Shown here piece after piece: positions 47,601 through 57,392 of a DNA stretch of 64,000 nt. The notes beneath the pieces were generated by a model, which searched no databases, was not told the origin of the DNA, and saw only the letters and a list, made by a program, of their open reading frames with translations. The translations under genes and the position numbers were made by a program. Each line of letters opens with the position of its first letter. Position 1 is the stretch's first letter. The stretch is from the NCBI GenBank assembly GCA_030141605.1, contig JAQGDQ010000089.1:186001-250000 (forward strand), given 5' to 3'. Source of the stretch: Tubiluchus corallicola (lineage: Eukaryota > Animalia > Priapulida).

Positions 47601-50600
47601 TTTTGTAAAGAAACTTCAGTTTCTCTCTGTGTTCCTCTGCATAGTCGCTCCCAAACTGGGACACTTATTTGTTGGCATATTAGCAGGGCACTTTATTTAT
47701 GACTTTAGTCATAAATTGCATAAATAGCTTATTTAATACTAATTTCAGATTTTATTTATGACTATTTATGACGTGTCAAATTTTGACCAAAAATGCCATC
47801 CTGAGCTAAAAGAAATACATATTTTTAATCAGAATCTTGTATTTTGCCTTTCTTCGTTCTTCATTACATTAAAATGTAATAAAAATGTCTACTTTCATCA
47901 TTCCAAGGCCTGAAGTTTCTCGTATTGTTTTGCATGCAGGCATCCCTCCAGACTGAAATCCGTGATCGTGTTTATAATAATTATAGTATCGGTTTTAATT
48001 TGTTTAGGATGACCTATAAAATTACTGCTCATAAAAATCAATCTATTAATTAATTCGTACAGTCACAATTCGTAGCCACAATTAGTACAAGTAAATAATG
48101 TATTTTTTTAAATATCGATTTTAAATTTAATGTTGGAAAATACTATTGGCTATTACATCTTTCTAGGGAACCGTCACGTATGTTTTCTAATTAAAATTAC
48201 ATTAAGCAAAATAACTAAACAAGAAAAACAGTTAAATTTTAATGACAATGAAGCAGCAAATTCTCCCAAAGATAAAATATGCTCAAATTCTAGCAGACGG
48301 CATTATTCTTATTTCTTGAGGATGAGGCAGTAAGGCACGGGAAACGCTTGCGGCAAACTCGAGCTAAAACCTACACCCAAGCCATTGACTTACGCCGCTT
48401 AGGGGTAAGCATCGAAGTTCGGTTCGATTCGAATTCGAAAGTCACAAATTCGGTTCGATTCGAATTCGCTTTCTGGTAGAGAATGCTCACCCCTAACGCC
48501 GCTAGGATGAGAAAGGCACTGAAATGAACGTGCAAAGAAAAGAATTAGAAGTGTAGATTTCTGTTATTGTGCAGAGCGTAGGTTTGAGGCGGCAGAACTT
48601 TAGGACATTAAAATAGGTAAGCTGTCTTTAATTCAAATTTTCGATGGAACGACAACGATTCTGTCGGTGCCTATTTATTTTTTCGCGGTAACGCGCTCAT
48701 TTACTTTTTATTATTTAGGTTGCTTCTAGACGAGTTAATGACAGATAAACGCATCAGTTAGACAGTCTCAGTTACTGTGTTAGTCCACCAAACAGTCACG
48801 CGCAAGCTTCTTATGGACTGCCTGTGTGTGTGGGAGAGAGAGAGAGAGAGAGAGACGGTGGAAACAGTTTTCTGTACTGAATTTTTTGTTCCATTCATCG
48901 GGAAATGATTATTTTTCTTTCGTTATTTATGACAAATTTGAAATCTTATTTATGACTATTTATGACTATTTTGCAAGAAAAGTCATAAATAAAGTGCCCT
49001 GCATATTAGTCATTTGCTGTCGATTGTCTGCGGAAATGATTGAAGCCTACAAAGCCTATAGTTGTGCAAAAAAATTTCCAGCAAGCATAACTTTTTACAA
49101 TTTCTGTACATTTTTAAATTCTATGCACAAAAGTCATTTACAAAAAATGTTTGCATAGTAATATTGGAAAATAATTATTGTTGTGAATTCTTCTATTATT
49201 AATTAAATTTATTTACTCAATCTTCAACTTCAGTTCATGTTTATTTACGATATAAAATGTTAGGGGTTGCTGCCAATGTATTTAGTCTAATTTTTTTCTC
49301 ATACTGTAATATTCTAGAACACAAAAACTGTAATATCTAAATAAATAGATATGTCTTTTAAACATAGGTTACTGTTGAATTGATAATTATACACAAGGTG
49401 TTTCAATACTTATATTTGTAGATAAAATTTCTGTAATGTGAAATTTATTTAACATTTTAGTTAAAGAACAAGTTAGACTAGTATACATAGCTGATATTGT
49501 TCGTTGTTACTGAAATTATAGCTAACAAATTAATAATGAACATGCAAATCAGGGAAATAGATGTTGATCTTATTATGTTGCTTAATTGCTCATTTTTTTA
49601 TATTTAGAACGGGAAGAAAGAGAGAGAATTGCATATCCGGATAACGAGTATTCCCGGGGATACCAGCCTGAATACCGGACTGCACCATATCCTCCAGTAC
49701 AGGGTTATCAGTAAGTTTCTCTTCCGTGATTTTACTGACTTTTAATAATTAGGTTTATTGGTACAATTGAAGTCGATGTTGTAATCGCTTATTGAGCCTG
49801 ATCTTCCTGAATGCTGGCACCTTTTCAAGTTCATACTTTAAATGATCAAAAATCCAAGAAAAATATTGTAATTAAATGTATTTGCAAGCAAAACAAATAT
49901 GCAATGAATTAACTGACCTATAGAAAAGAAAGAGTTACAGTTCGTTTAGAATTGGCAAGAAATTAAAAAGTCCTCCTCAGTTTAGCATTCATTACCATAT
50001 CTTTAAATAACTGGGACCTATTTTAAAACTAATAAAAGAAAGTCTATTATACTCACAAGCCTTCTCTTAATGTGCAAAGTAGTTCTTATCCCTTAACTTT
50101 GGTTCCAAACACCTAGCTACACTTTTACTGTATCTCTCTCTTTTCTACAGTTCTGTTAATTCATTACATATTTGGCTTCCTTGTAAACACATAATAATTT
50201 CTGTACTGTAGGCTCTGCGTATATAAGTGGTTGTTCAATTAAATACATCCTGTAATGCATTGTGTAAGATATGTAAGATATTCTGGTGCTTCATAACGAT
50301 TATGGTGTTGTAATGATGAATACCCGCTGTTTACTGTTTATTGCCAAGTAGAGCGCAGTTAATAATTAAGAAGCAATGTTCATCAATATTAATAATTAAG
50401 AAGCAGAATTTGCTGAAAAGCAAACTGAAATCATGAAGGCGTTCATGTAGATACAAGATCTCGTAGATCTCGTTTGTATTTTAGTTTATTAATTGATCGA
50501 TTCAAGTTTTCCTGTTAGCTGAATAAGTCATCTGAGTAATTAGTTTGTTTAATTATTAGCTGAGCTAGCTGTTGATACTTTAATAATTAACAAAGGGTTA

Positions 50601-51550
50601 TAATTTAGCAATGCTGCGTTAAAGGATGAAGAAGAATCAGGACCAAGGTAGATTATTTTCTTTCAGTGTTTTGTCCATTGTTACAAGCTTTCATATTTAT
50701 TGCGGTTATTTGCAGTTTCGTGATTTTTAATATTTTGTTGTCAATTTATTTTATATTTCCAATTTGTATAATTGTAGTATAATAAGTATTTAGTTACAAG
50801 TTGTAAAAAAATAAAATTTACTGCCTTGTCTGACACATGCACACTGGTGTTTATGAATTCAAGTAATGCTTGTCATTTTAAACATTAGCAATCACTTTTT
50901 TATTTCACATTTTAATAAATCATAGTTACATTTTATTTATTCACAAAATGCAGCTCTATTAGTACATTTTTTTATGTTCTGCCTTAGTACAAATTATTTG
51001 GAATCAAGTTTTCTGATGATGTTGTTAGTATATCCTAATTTAAATCTTTTGTTTGGTTTGTTGAATAAATTGAAAAAGTGCTTAATGAGTGCTTTTACTT
51101 TTCATGCAATTGTTAATTATGCCAATTTAGTACATGTATTTGCATTTTTCGAAATAAGCTCTTTGTTCGTAGTGGAAAGTTAGCAATACTTGACACGATG
51201 GCTGCTCAGGATAATATCTGAAGAACTGGATGTAGAATCAGATTTACTAGGATGTTTCTTATTGGGTCACCAGATTGATTATTACATTTCTTGCATTTTT
51301 CAGTGGTGTTTCCCGTACTCCGGATCCCCCTGTCAGTGCTCATTCAGCCGACCAATCACAGGAGAGTGACCTAAAGCCACCCTTAGACAGTGATGACTCT
51401 GTTGTAGCGAGCGCCTCAGTAACCGAATCTGAGCCTCCTAAATACACTGAGGAGATTCCTCAGCGGCCAAAGAAGCGAGGAGGGCGGCGTCCGCCACCTC
51501 CACTCCCAGCAGAGGAACCTAATGAGAGTGGTTTTGATACTTTTGTTTAG
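23613..51550 (+). CDS. Nrg: L1-family (neuroglian/NrCAM-like) Ig-superfamily cell-adhesion molecule: signal peptide, 6 Ig, 5 FnIII, TM, divergent cytoplasmic tail
   Basis: Phase-consistent exons: 23613-23745, 24621-24735, 26348-26538, 27737-27843, 29202-29412, 29963-30068, 30599-30792, 31096-31198, 31776-32053, 32654-32901, 33603-33735, 34542-34745, 35950-36126, 37213-37406, 37935-38172, 38818-38942, 40092-40278, 40522-40662, 41380-41544, 42985-43269, 44143-44277 (TM), [45492-45542], 49608-49710, [50609-50647], 51304-51550. L1 hallmarks include DTMVIQCNASNIHGY, GDNRAPILNY, LSPWANYTFRVIAKNKIG, NGPGFRYLVRW, GYSGED, EPNGIIIGY and GWFVGMMIALVLLI. Family assignment is confident; exact orthology is not. 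Confidence 0.93.
25060..25312. mobile_element. Palindromic (fold-back) MITE-like element, ~250 bp
   Basis: Imperfect arms pair across the whole length, for example CTGTTTTCAGT/ACTGAAAAACAG, CTCTACTGGT/ACCAGTAGAG and TTTAATTTAGCAGTAAGGTCTCTCAA/TTGAGGGACCTTACTGCCAAATTAAA. Confidence 0.7.
29793..29872 (+). mobile_element. Degenerate tRNA-derived SINE-like head
   Basis: A-box-like GTAGCCTCGTGATCTAAGG, stem TCTGT/GCAGA and B-box AGTTCAAATCC. Confidence 0.4.
33117..33178. repeat. Short ~24-bp tandem repeat (TACCACAGTAGTCT..), about 2.5 copies
   Basis: TACCACAGT recurs three times at ~24-bp spacing. Confidence 0.55.
34347..34459. mobile_element. Small palindromic MITE (~113 bp)
   Basis: CTGGGCTCAATTTTACAAAGCCATCA pairs with TGATGGCTTTGTGAAACCGGCCCCAG; the inner arms also pair. 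Confidence 0.65.
35060..35645 (+). mobile_element. 5'-truncated CR1/L2-group LINE fragment (RT C-terminus plus 3' UTR)
   Basis: IRPILEYTCPAWRTSLTLEQTK*VESIQNHILK and LCRNFFKSIQNQDSRLHYLLP, ending in an AATAAACTT-type tail. Confidence 0.7.
36521..36992. repeat. Diverged ~200-bp tandem duplication followed by degenerate TTAGGG-like hexamers
   Basis: CAAAAGCAGAGTAC...CCCCACACACAAGAAAT..TTCGTGAAGCAGA occurs twice (~36521-36726 and ~36726-36932), followed by TTAGAA TTAGGA TTAAAG TTAGAG TTGGGA TTAAGG TTAGGG TTAGCG. Confidence 0.7.
38615..38687 (-). mobile_element. tRNA-derived SINE head or tRNA pseudogene (Arg TCT-like loop)
   Basis: The - strand has TGTCCAGTGGTT (A-box-like), loop CTTCTAA and GGTTCAAAATC (B-box-like); stems are imperfect. 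Confidence 0.45.
43656..43744. repeat. (GTTAT)n microsatellite, ~17.8 perfect copies
   Basis: Read directly from the sequence. Confidence 0.98.
44333..44906. mobile_element. Tc1/mariner(pogo)-type non-autonomous element with TA TSD
   Basis: TA|CAGTAGGTGCCGATTAATAGAC at the left and GTCTGTTAAACAGCACCCACCG|TA at the right form imperfect TIRs. Confidence 0.55.
46686..47165. repeat. 31-bp minisatellite (consensus AAGGTACCATGACTGGACTTCCATGATTGTT), ~15 diverged copies
   Basis: Direct periodic repeat with contiguous units and no spacers. Confidence 0.93.
47684..49001. mobile_element. Non-autonomous TIR DNA transposon (hAT-like) with 8-bp TSD CATATTAG
   Basis: Perfect 23-bp TIR CAGGGCACTTTATTTATGACTTT, TSD at 47676-47683 and 49002-49009, and subterminal TTATTTATGACTATTTATGAC repeats at both ends. 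Confidence 0.9.
48400..48495. mobile_element. 96-bp hAT-type MITE nested in the previous element, TSD ACGCCGCT
   Basis: TIRs TAGGGGTAAGCAT / ATGCTCACCCCTA, TSD at 48392-48399 and 48496-48503, and an internal direct repeat TTCGGTTCGATTCGAATTCG x2. Confidence 0.88.
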
Positions 51551-52989
51551 GTTAAAAATGATCCCCTCACATAATACTAAAACTGTAATGTGTACTGTTT
51601 ATTGTTTCATGGCGCTTTATGTAGTATTTTGTAGGTGAGGTTACCTCCAACTTTATAGGTTAGTGTATGATAAATAGTGTTAATTTGTCAAAATTTCCTA
51701 GGGAATTTTCCAAAATTTGTTAAACAATAATGGTATAGGGAACTGTTTGATTTAGAATGGCTGTCACTTTCTTAGATAAAGACTTGAATTTGTTTATTGC
51801 ATTGTCAGAAATTAAATTAAAAACTGAGTTTGGAAATCCCACTTGTCTGGAATTATATGGGAAATTCCATTAGAATTAAGTCCATTAAAGATGAAAACGG
51901 GAAAATACTTCAGAAGATAAATTTCAAACATGTTGGAAGTATCAGCAGCTGCACAAAGTAAAAAATTTGTTCGCGTTTACGCAGATATTATAGTTTTTCT
52001 TAAAAGTGATATTTCACGTAGGTTAGCATCTACATTTTTGCCAAGTCAAAAGTCCATTTGTAATAGAACACTGTATATAGTGAGAACAGGACTTTTGCGC
52101 TGTGGTTGTTATATTGCAAGAATACATGAATTTAGGGTTGTGTCTTTATATTTTGTGTCAAATTTGTGCTGCTATATAACATTTTTGATGATGTAATAAC
52201 TGACGCGGTTTTGCGTCTCTAATCTTACGGTTGCAATTTGAATCAAAATGCATTTTATAATGAATGATATTTCAAAGTTTTTACATTCAACTCATTTTGG
52301 AATCTCGTTTATTTTCACAGAAGTTTTATATTTTGTGCGCAAAATGTGTTTTAAAATTTTAATGTAAAAAGTTCTTTGCACTAGTTTTTAATTCCATTTT
52401 GTTTCTGTGATGTATCTTTTAGCGTTAGTAACAATAACTGTTTAAGCATAATGAATTTATGCATGAAAATTGGTGATGAAAATATGAACATTCCAGTTTT
52501 CAGTAGTAAATATTTTAATTATTTTAATATGATAGGCAGCTAAGATTATTCTATCACTCTTTAATATTTGATTTCCCCACAGATGTCATGGTTATTCACA
52601 CTGATAATGGTCATCAGCTAGTTTATTCAAACTAGTTTAATCGTACACCCAAACCTCCTTATAACTCACGTCTTTATAATGCCAATCTCACTTAATGACA
52701 ATTTTTTTCGCAAAACAAAATATCTGTATTTGCATGTATTACTGCACCTTGTTATAATACCAAACTCGCTAATGCCAACTTTTTTGCAGTCCCAAATTAG
52801 ATGGTATAAAAAGGTTTCACTGTAGTTATTCTAAACTAGATTTACAATAGTTCTACATTTCTTGCTGGGCAGCTGTACTAAAGTTCTTTTTCTGAATATT
52901 CATAAGACATAGCTGCAACTGAGAACTGTATGATTACTTTACTGTTGGCATTGTGCTTTCAACTTTGTTGTGTAATCTGAACATGTAGG

Positions 52990-53445
52990 CAGGCCCGACG
53001 AAGGGCAGGGGACCAGTGCCCTGGGGCTCTGGTGTCTAGGGACCCGAGAGGATTAAGGACACCACCAGGGTTTTATATAGCTAGAGCTGCTAGTTTTTTC
53101 TTCTTAACATTGTCTACGTGGATTAGCCATTTCTCTGGGTTCCCTCATCAGTAGTACTTTTTTGATTGGTGGTGGCATTGGAAATAATGGGGAATTGGTG
53201 GAATCGTTCACAAAAGTTGAGCAAGTTGAGAGCTTTATAGTTACTTTAGTTAATTAAAAATATATGCATTTTGTGGTTTTTATTTTTCTTATAGTCATCA
53301 CAGCATCAGTGTCTTACGTTCTTACAGTATGTCATCAATGGTGTCATTTCTGTGTTTAGTTCAGCTTTATGTAATGTTTCACCCCTTGAAATGGACCCCT
53401 TAATGCTTGCTGCCCTGGGGCCCGCAATAGCTCTTGACGGCCCTT
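52990..53445. mobile_element. hAT-type MITE with 8-bp TSD CATGTAGG
   Basis: TSD at 52982-52989 and 53446-53453, imperfect TIRs CAGGCCCGAC / GACGGCCCTT, and subterminal GCCCTGGGGC motifs. Confidence 0.7.
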
Positions 53446-55020
53446 CATGTAGGCAAGCCAATCAGACCAGCTGTCTAATCATTTTCAGTGTGAATAGACT
53501 GTGCGAACATGTATGTTTCACATGTTTTAATAGGGTTAGGATCTTTTCATTTTCTTTGCTACATTTGAATGAGCCTAATCATGCATATTTAGTGATTTAT
53601 ATTTGTATGTAATTCAGGGCCATTACCAGCTTCATTTAAGTTCAAACAATCTTATGCAACCACTTTAATGTAGATTGATAACATAGTCAAGTTCTAGATA
53701 TCCTAAAACAAATTTTGTAAAAAACAGGCAGCTGTAGGTGATCCCTGGATCTACCTCTAGTCTTATACAATGGATATGGACGTATGAAATCCATCAATTT
53801 ACATCACAAGGGTTGTTTTTCAAGTCTTTGTCACGTTGTAATATTAATGTGTATTGTCAGTAAAAAATGGTTACTGGCTCCTAATTAGCTGTTACCTTAC
53901 TTATCTGGCCTCACAATGTGCCATTATACCAGCATGAATTATGAATTATTGATCATGCAATTGCATCATGTCCAGGCTGTAGTGAGTTCAGCTTTGCACA
54001 TTAACTTTTCCATCAACATTTCTGCTACATTTTACTGTAAATAATCTATCAACTTGAAAACTCTTGTACTGTAGATAATTATTTTTAAATAAAATAGAAA
54101 ATCATTATAGCTATCAGCTTTCAGTTTTTATTTTACTTTTTTCTATGAGGTGTACTTTTAAGCAATTAAAAATAGGTCACATGCGTTTGATTACTGTAGT
54201 TAAACAACATTGAGCCTGATTAGTAAATGGATGTGTGATATCTCAGAAAGTTGCTTCTGTAAAGCTATATCTATCTACCTGCTTTAACTGTTTAAACTAC
54301 AAATTGAAAAGCTGGATGCCCCTAGTTTTTATTATTCCAGCTTTGCAAACTACAAAGTGCTTTTCTAAGTTCAAAGATGATTTTTATTTACAATTGCTAA
54401 AATACATTCATAAAACAATGTAGTGTATTAATCCATGTTTTTACAAGTGAGTTAGCAAAAAATATTTATCTTATGTATACACCATAGCACACTACACGTG
54501 CAGTCTTTATGGCCTATATATACTTTAAAAGCAGTGGTGTGAACAACAATTGATCTCAGTGATGTTCATAATGATGTGGAATCTGTGAACATGCGGCATT
54601 TATGAGACATTCAGAATGCGTTATTGCGTATCCTGCTGTGTACAACTAACCCAAAAGAAATAGCTGCAGAAAAAAAACGCAGGTCCGATAAATAGATTCA
54701 TTGAAAAGAATGGAAACAATATAAAGTAATTTTTCCACAATAAGCATTCCACAGAGTCTGGGCGTAGACTTGCCTCTTGAAATGCTTGCCCTAATTTGAT
54801 GCATTTTTAGCGGTAGATGGCAGGCCATTCGTTATTTACTGTACGCGACAGTCATGGAAGTGTTTGATGCTGAAGTTAGTCATCTATGAAATTTTGTTCG
54901 ATTTTGCTAATATATATATATATATATTTGTGAAGAAAGGCGCCAGTTAGTAAACAGAGTGTTTTTGAAAATTGAGCATTGCATAGAAAAGAAATAATGT
55001 GATAATAGTGCTTACTGACT

Positions 55021-56687
55021 ATGTCTGGTTTAAGTGTTTGTGAACAACATGATTTTGAAAGAGTAGATCCGAGAATTCAGGTACATTACTTATGCAATAA
55101 ATAAAAAGCCAATAACAAATTTAATAATAATACTGTCACACTGCTCATGTTTAGGGCATTAGTCATTAGTCTAGATTGAAAGTAAAACTGTTTTTTGTAC
55201 CTAAAAAAACGTTTTTTAAATGCGAGAAAAAATGCATATTCGTTAAATTTTTTTTAGCAATTCAGCTCATTACAAGCCTGAATCTGGCGCTCAAAAGTGC
55301 ACACTACTAATATTGAACAGTTTGTTCCAAGCATAATTTTCAAAGGTGAAACATCCGTGCTAAGTATCTTAGCCACGTTCAAAATTTCAAATGTGCCTAT
55401 TGTTAGTAAGCTAGATTTTTAGTTTAGTGTGATATATCAGAAGACTTTATCACATCGCAATTGTATCATTAGAGTTAACAATAAATGCAGTGTTTCATGG
55501 CAATAATAAATCTCTAAGTCATGTCAACAATCTGCTTTATGTAAAAATGAATGATGAATAACTATTTTGATAAACTTAACATTAACATTAACACTGTGAT
55601 AAAATTAACATGTGAAAATTAAATAGTAAATAAAGCAGGGTGTTCATAGCTTTTTGTTTGCAGGTGATTTACTTTTTTTATATTCTCAGTAGTACTTATG
55701 TTTCATGGCTGATGCTGTAATTGTGAGTGGTTAATAAACTAATAATTGATTAATAACAATTAATAAACTAATAATTTTGCCAGAAATAAAACTAAGAGCT
55801 GTGCTTACAGATTTCCAGTATTTCGTTTATCATTTACCTGCTTGTTTGGACTGTATTTCATGGGTGCTGGCCGGCAAACGCACTGACGCACGTGCATCCA
55901 CAGAATTCCTTAAGAAAATTTTTTATGGCTAAATAAATTTTTTAGCAGTAAACCAAGGCACACAGCAACCCCCGAGCAGCAAATTTGCATAGGAAGTTAT
56001 GTTTATGCATGTCACTTACATAGTGTCGATTCTGAACTGTGAGTGGGCTGTAAACTTAACAGTCTCAAATCAGTTTTATGTTTGACTATCCACCTTTTGC
56101 TGGGTAGATAATCTTGACACTAAATAAATTAAGCTTAAGTAATGGGTCATACGCATTGCAATGTATTACGAACTACTACAGTAGAATACAATGAATATTA
56201 CTCAGGTAAATGTAGATAAATATATTTATTAAAACAGAATTTTTCACGTTTGAGGAAGTCTATGTACCAGAATTTAGATCTCATTTGATGCCTCTAAAAT
56301 GTGTTTAAATACAGAAAAATGCGTTGGTGGCCGGCGCTCGGCCTCCCCCCCCCCCCCGGATCCTTCTGGGGGAGCTCACAGCACTCCCCCAGTTACCCTA
56401 GCTGCTTATGTGTCAAATTTTTTAAACTCTGGCGGTGCCCATGCTGTATGTTGACTACAAATTTATGAAAGAATGCATGATAATGGGAAAAATGTTCTCT
56501 CTGGTTAAATATAGTTTTAATTGCTGTAGGTAAAACATGAAACACCCAGTATTTTGAAGTCTGAATGCATTATTTCAGACTTTTTTGCTATTTAATAAAT
56601 TCATCAACAACTGCATATTTCTAGGGAGAGCTAGAAGCGCTGAACAATGCTACAGACGAAATTAATCGACTGGAGACTGAAGTCGAC
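55021..56687 (+). CDS. SH3BP5: SH3 domain-binding protein 5-like (parcas/REI-1 family Rab11 GEF), first two coding exons; the gene probably continues beyond the window
   Basis: Exon 55021-55080 MSGLSVCEQHDFERVDPRIQ|GTACAT and exon 56625-56687 TAG|GELEALNNATDEINRLETEVD|GTAAGT. This matches the family N-terminal signature VDPRIQxELExLNxxTDxINxxExEL. No further exon was recognised in the window. Confidence 0.85.
55859..56443. mobile_element. hAT-type MITE in SH3BP5 intron 1
   Basis: TIRs CATGGGTGCTG / CGGTGCCCATG, near-TSD CTGTATTT / CTGTATGT, and an internal GC-rich hairpin CTGGGGGAGCTCACAGCACTCCCCCAG. Confidence 0.65.
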
Positions 56688-56898
56688 GTAAGTTGTGTAA
56701 TTATAGACATTTTATAACATAACTTATAATGGTTTAAGTTTGCATTGTGCCAGCCCTGAACGAACTATCTACAGTACTATATAGTACTCTGACTCTTGAG
56801 CAATAGCGTAGCTTGGTGAAGATATTATGCAATGTTCTTTGTTTTCATAAGAGTTTTTTCCTGTTTGTCTTTGGGACAGAATAGTGTTGAATAGTGCA

Positions 56899-57392
56899 GT
56901 TATTTTTGTGGAACCTACAAAATGTGGGATTGTTGATTTAACCTGTTAAAACACCGTCCCTGCAAACTTTTTAACAAGCCTCATTATTAGTTACTTTTTG
57001 CTTTTCTAAAAGTAAATAATATTTAAAATTGCATTTGTGAACACAATCTAGTATTCATAATTTCGTTTGAATTGATTTCATAATTTTCTTACTTCCAGAG
57101 ATCTGCTCAACTTCCTACTGTGTAACTAGCATTGTGTTATGTGATGTTATTTTTGTGGAACCTACAAAATGTGGGATTGTTGATTTAACCTGTTAAAACA
57201 CCGTTCCTGCAAACTTTTTAACAAGCCTCATTATTAGTTACTTAATGTTTTTTTAAAAGTAAATAATATTTAAAATTGCATTTGTGAACACAATCTAGTA
57301 TTCATAATTTCGTTTGAATTGATTTCATAATTTTCTTACTTCCAGAGATCTGCTCAACTTCCTACTGTGTAACTAGCGTTGTGTTATGTGAT
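56899..57392. repeat. Recent 247-bp tandem duplication (2 copies)
   Basis: 56899-57145 and 57146-57392 are nearly identical, with only a handful of differences. Confidence 0.92.

Noticed and set aside
49753-49770. TTT ATT GGT (FIG..) as a remnant FIGQY exon
   Set aside because: It reads FIGTI, lacks the NEDGS context and lies just inside an intron.
54854-54874. ATG GAA GTG TTT GAT GCT GAA|GTTAGT as the first coding exon of SH3BP5
   Set aside because: Its phase does not fit the nearest acceptor (55034), and an in-frame ATG at 55021 already opens the VDPRIQ exon.
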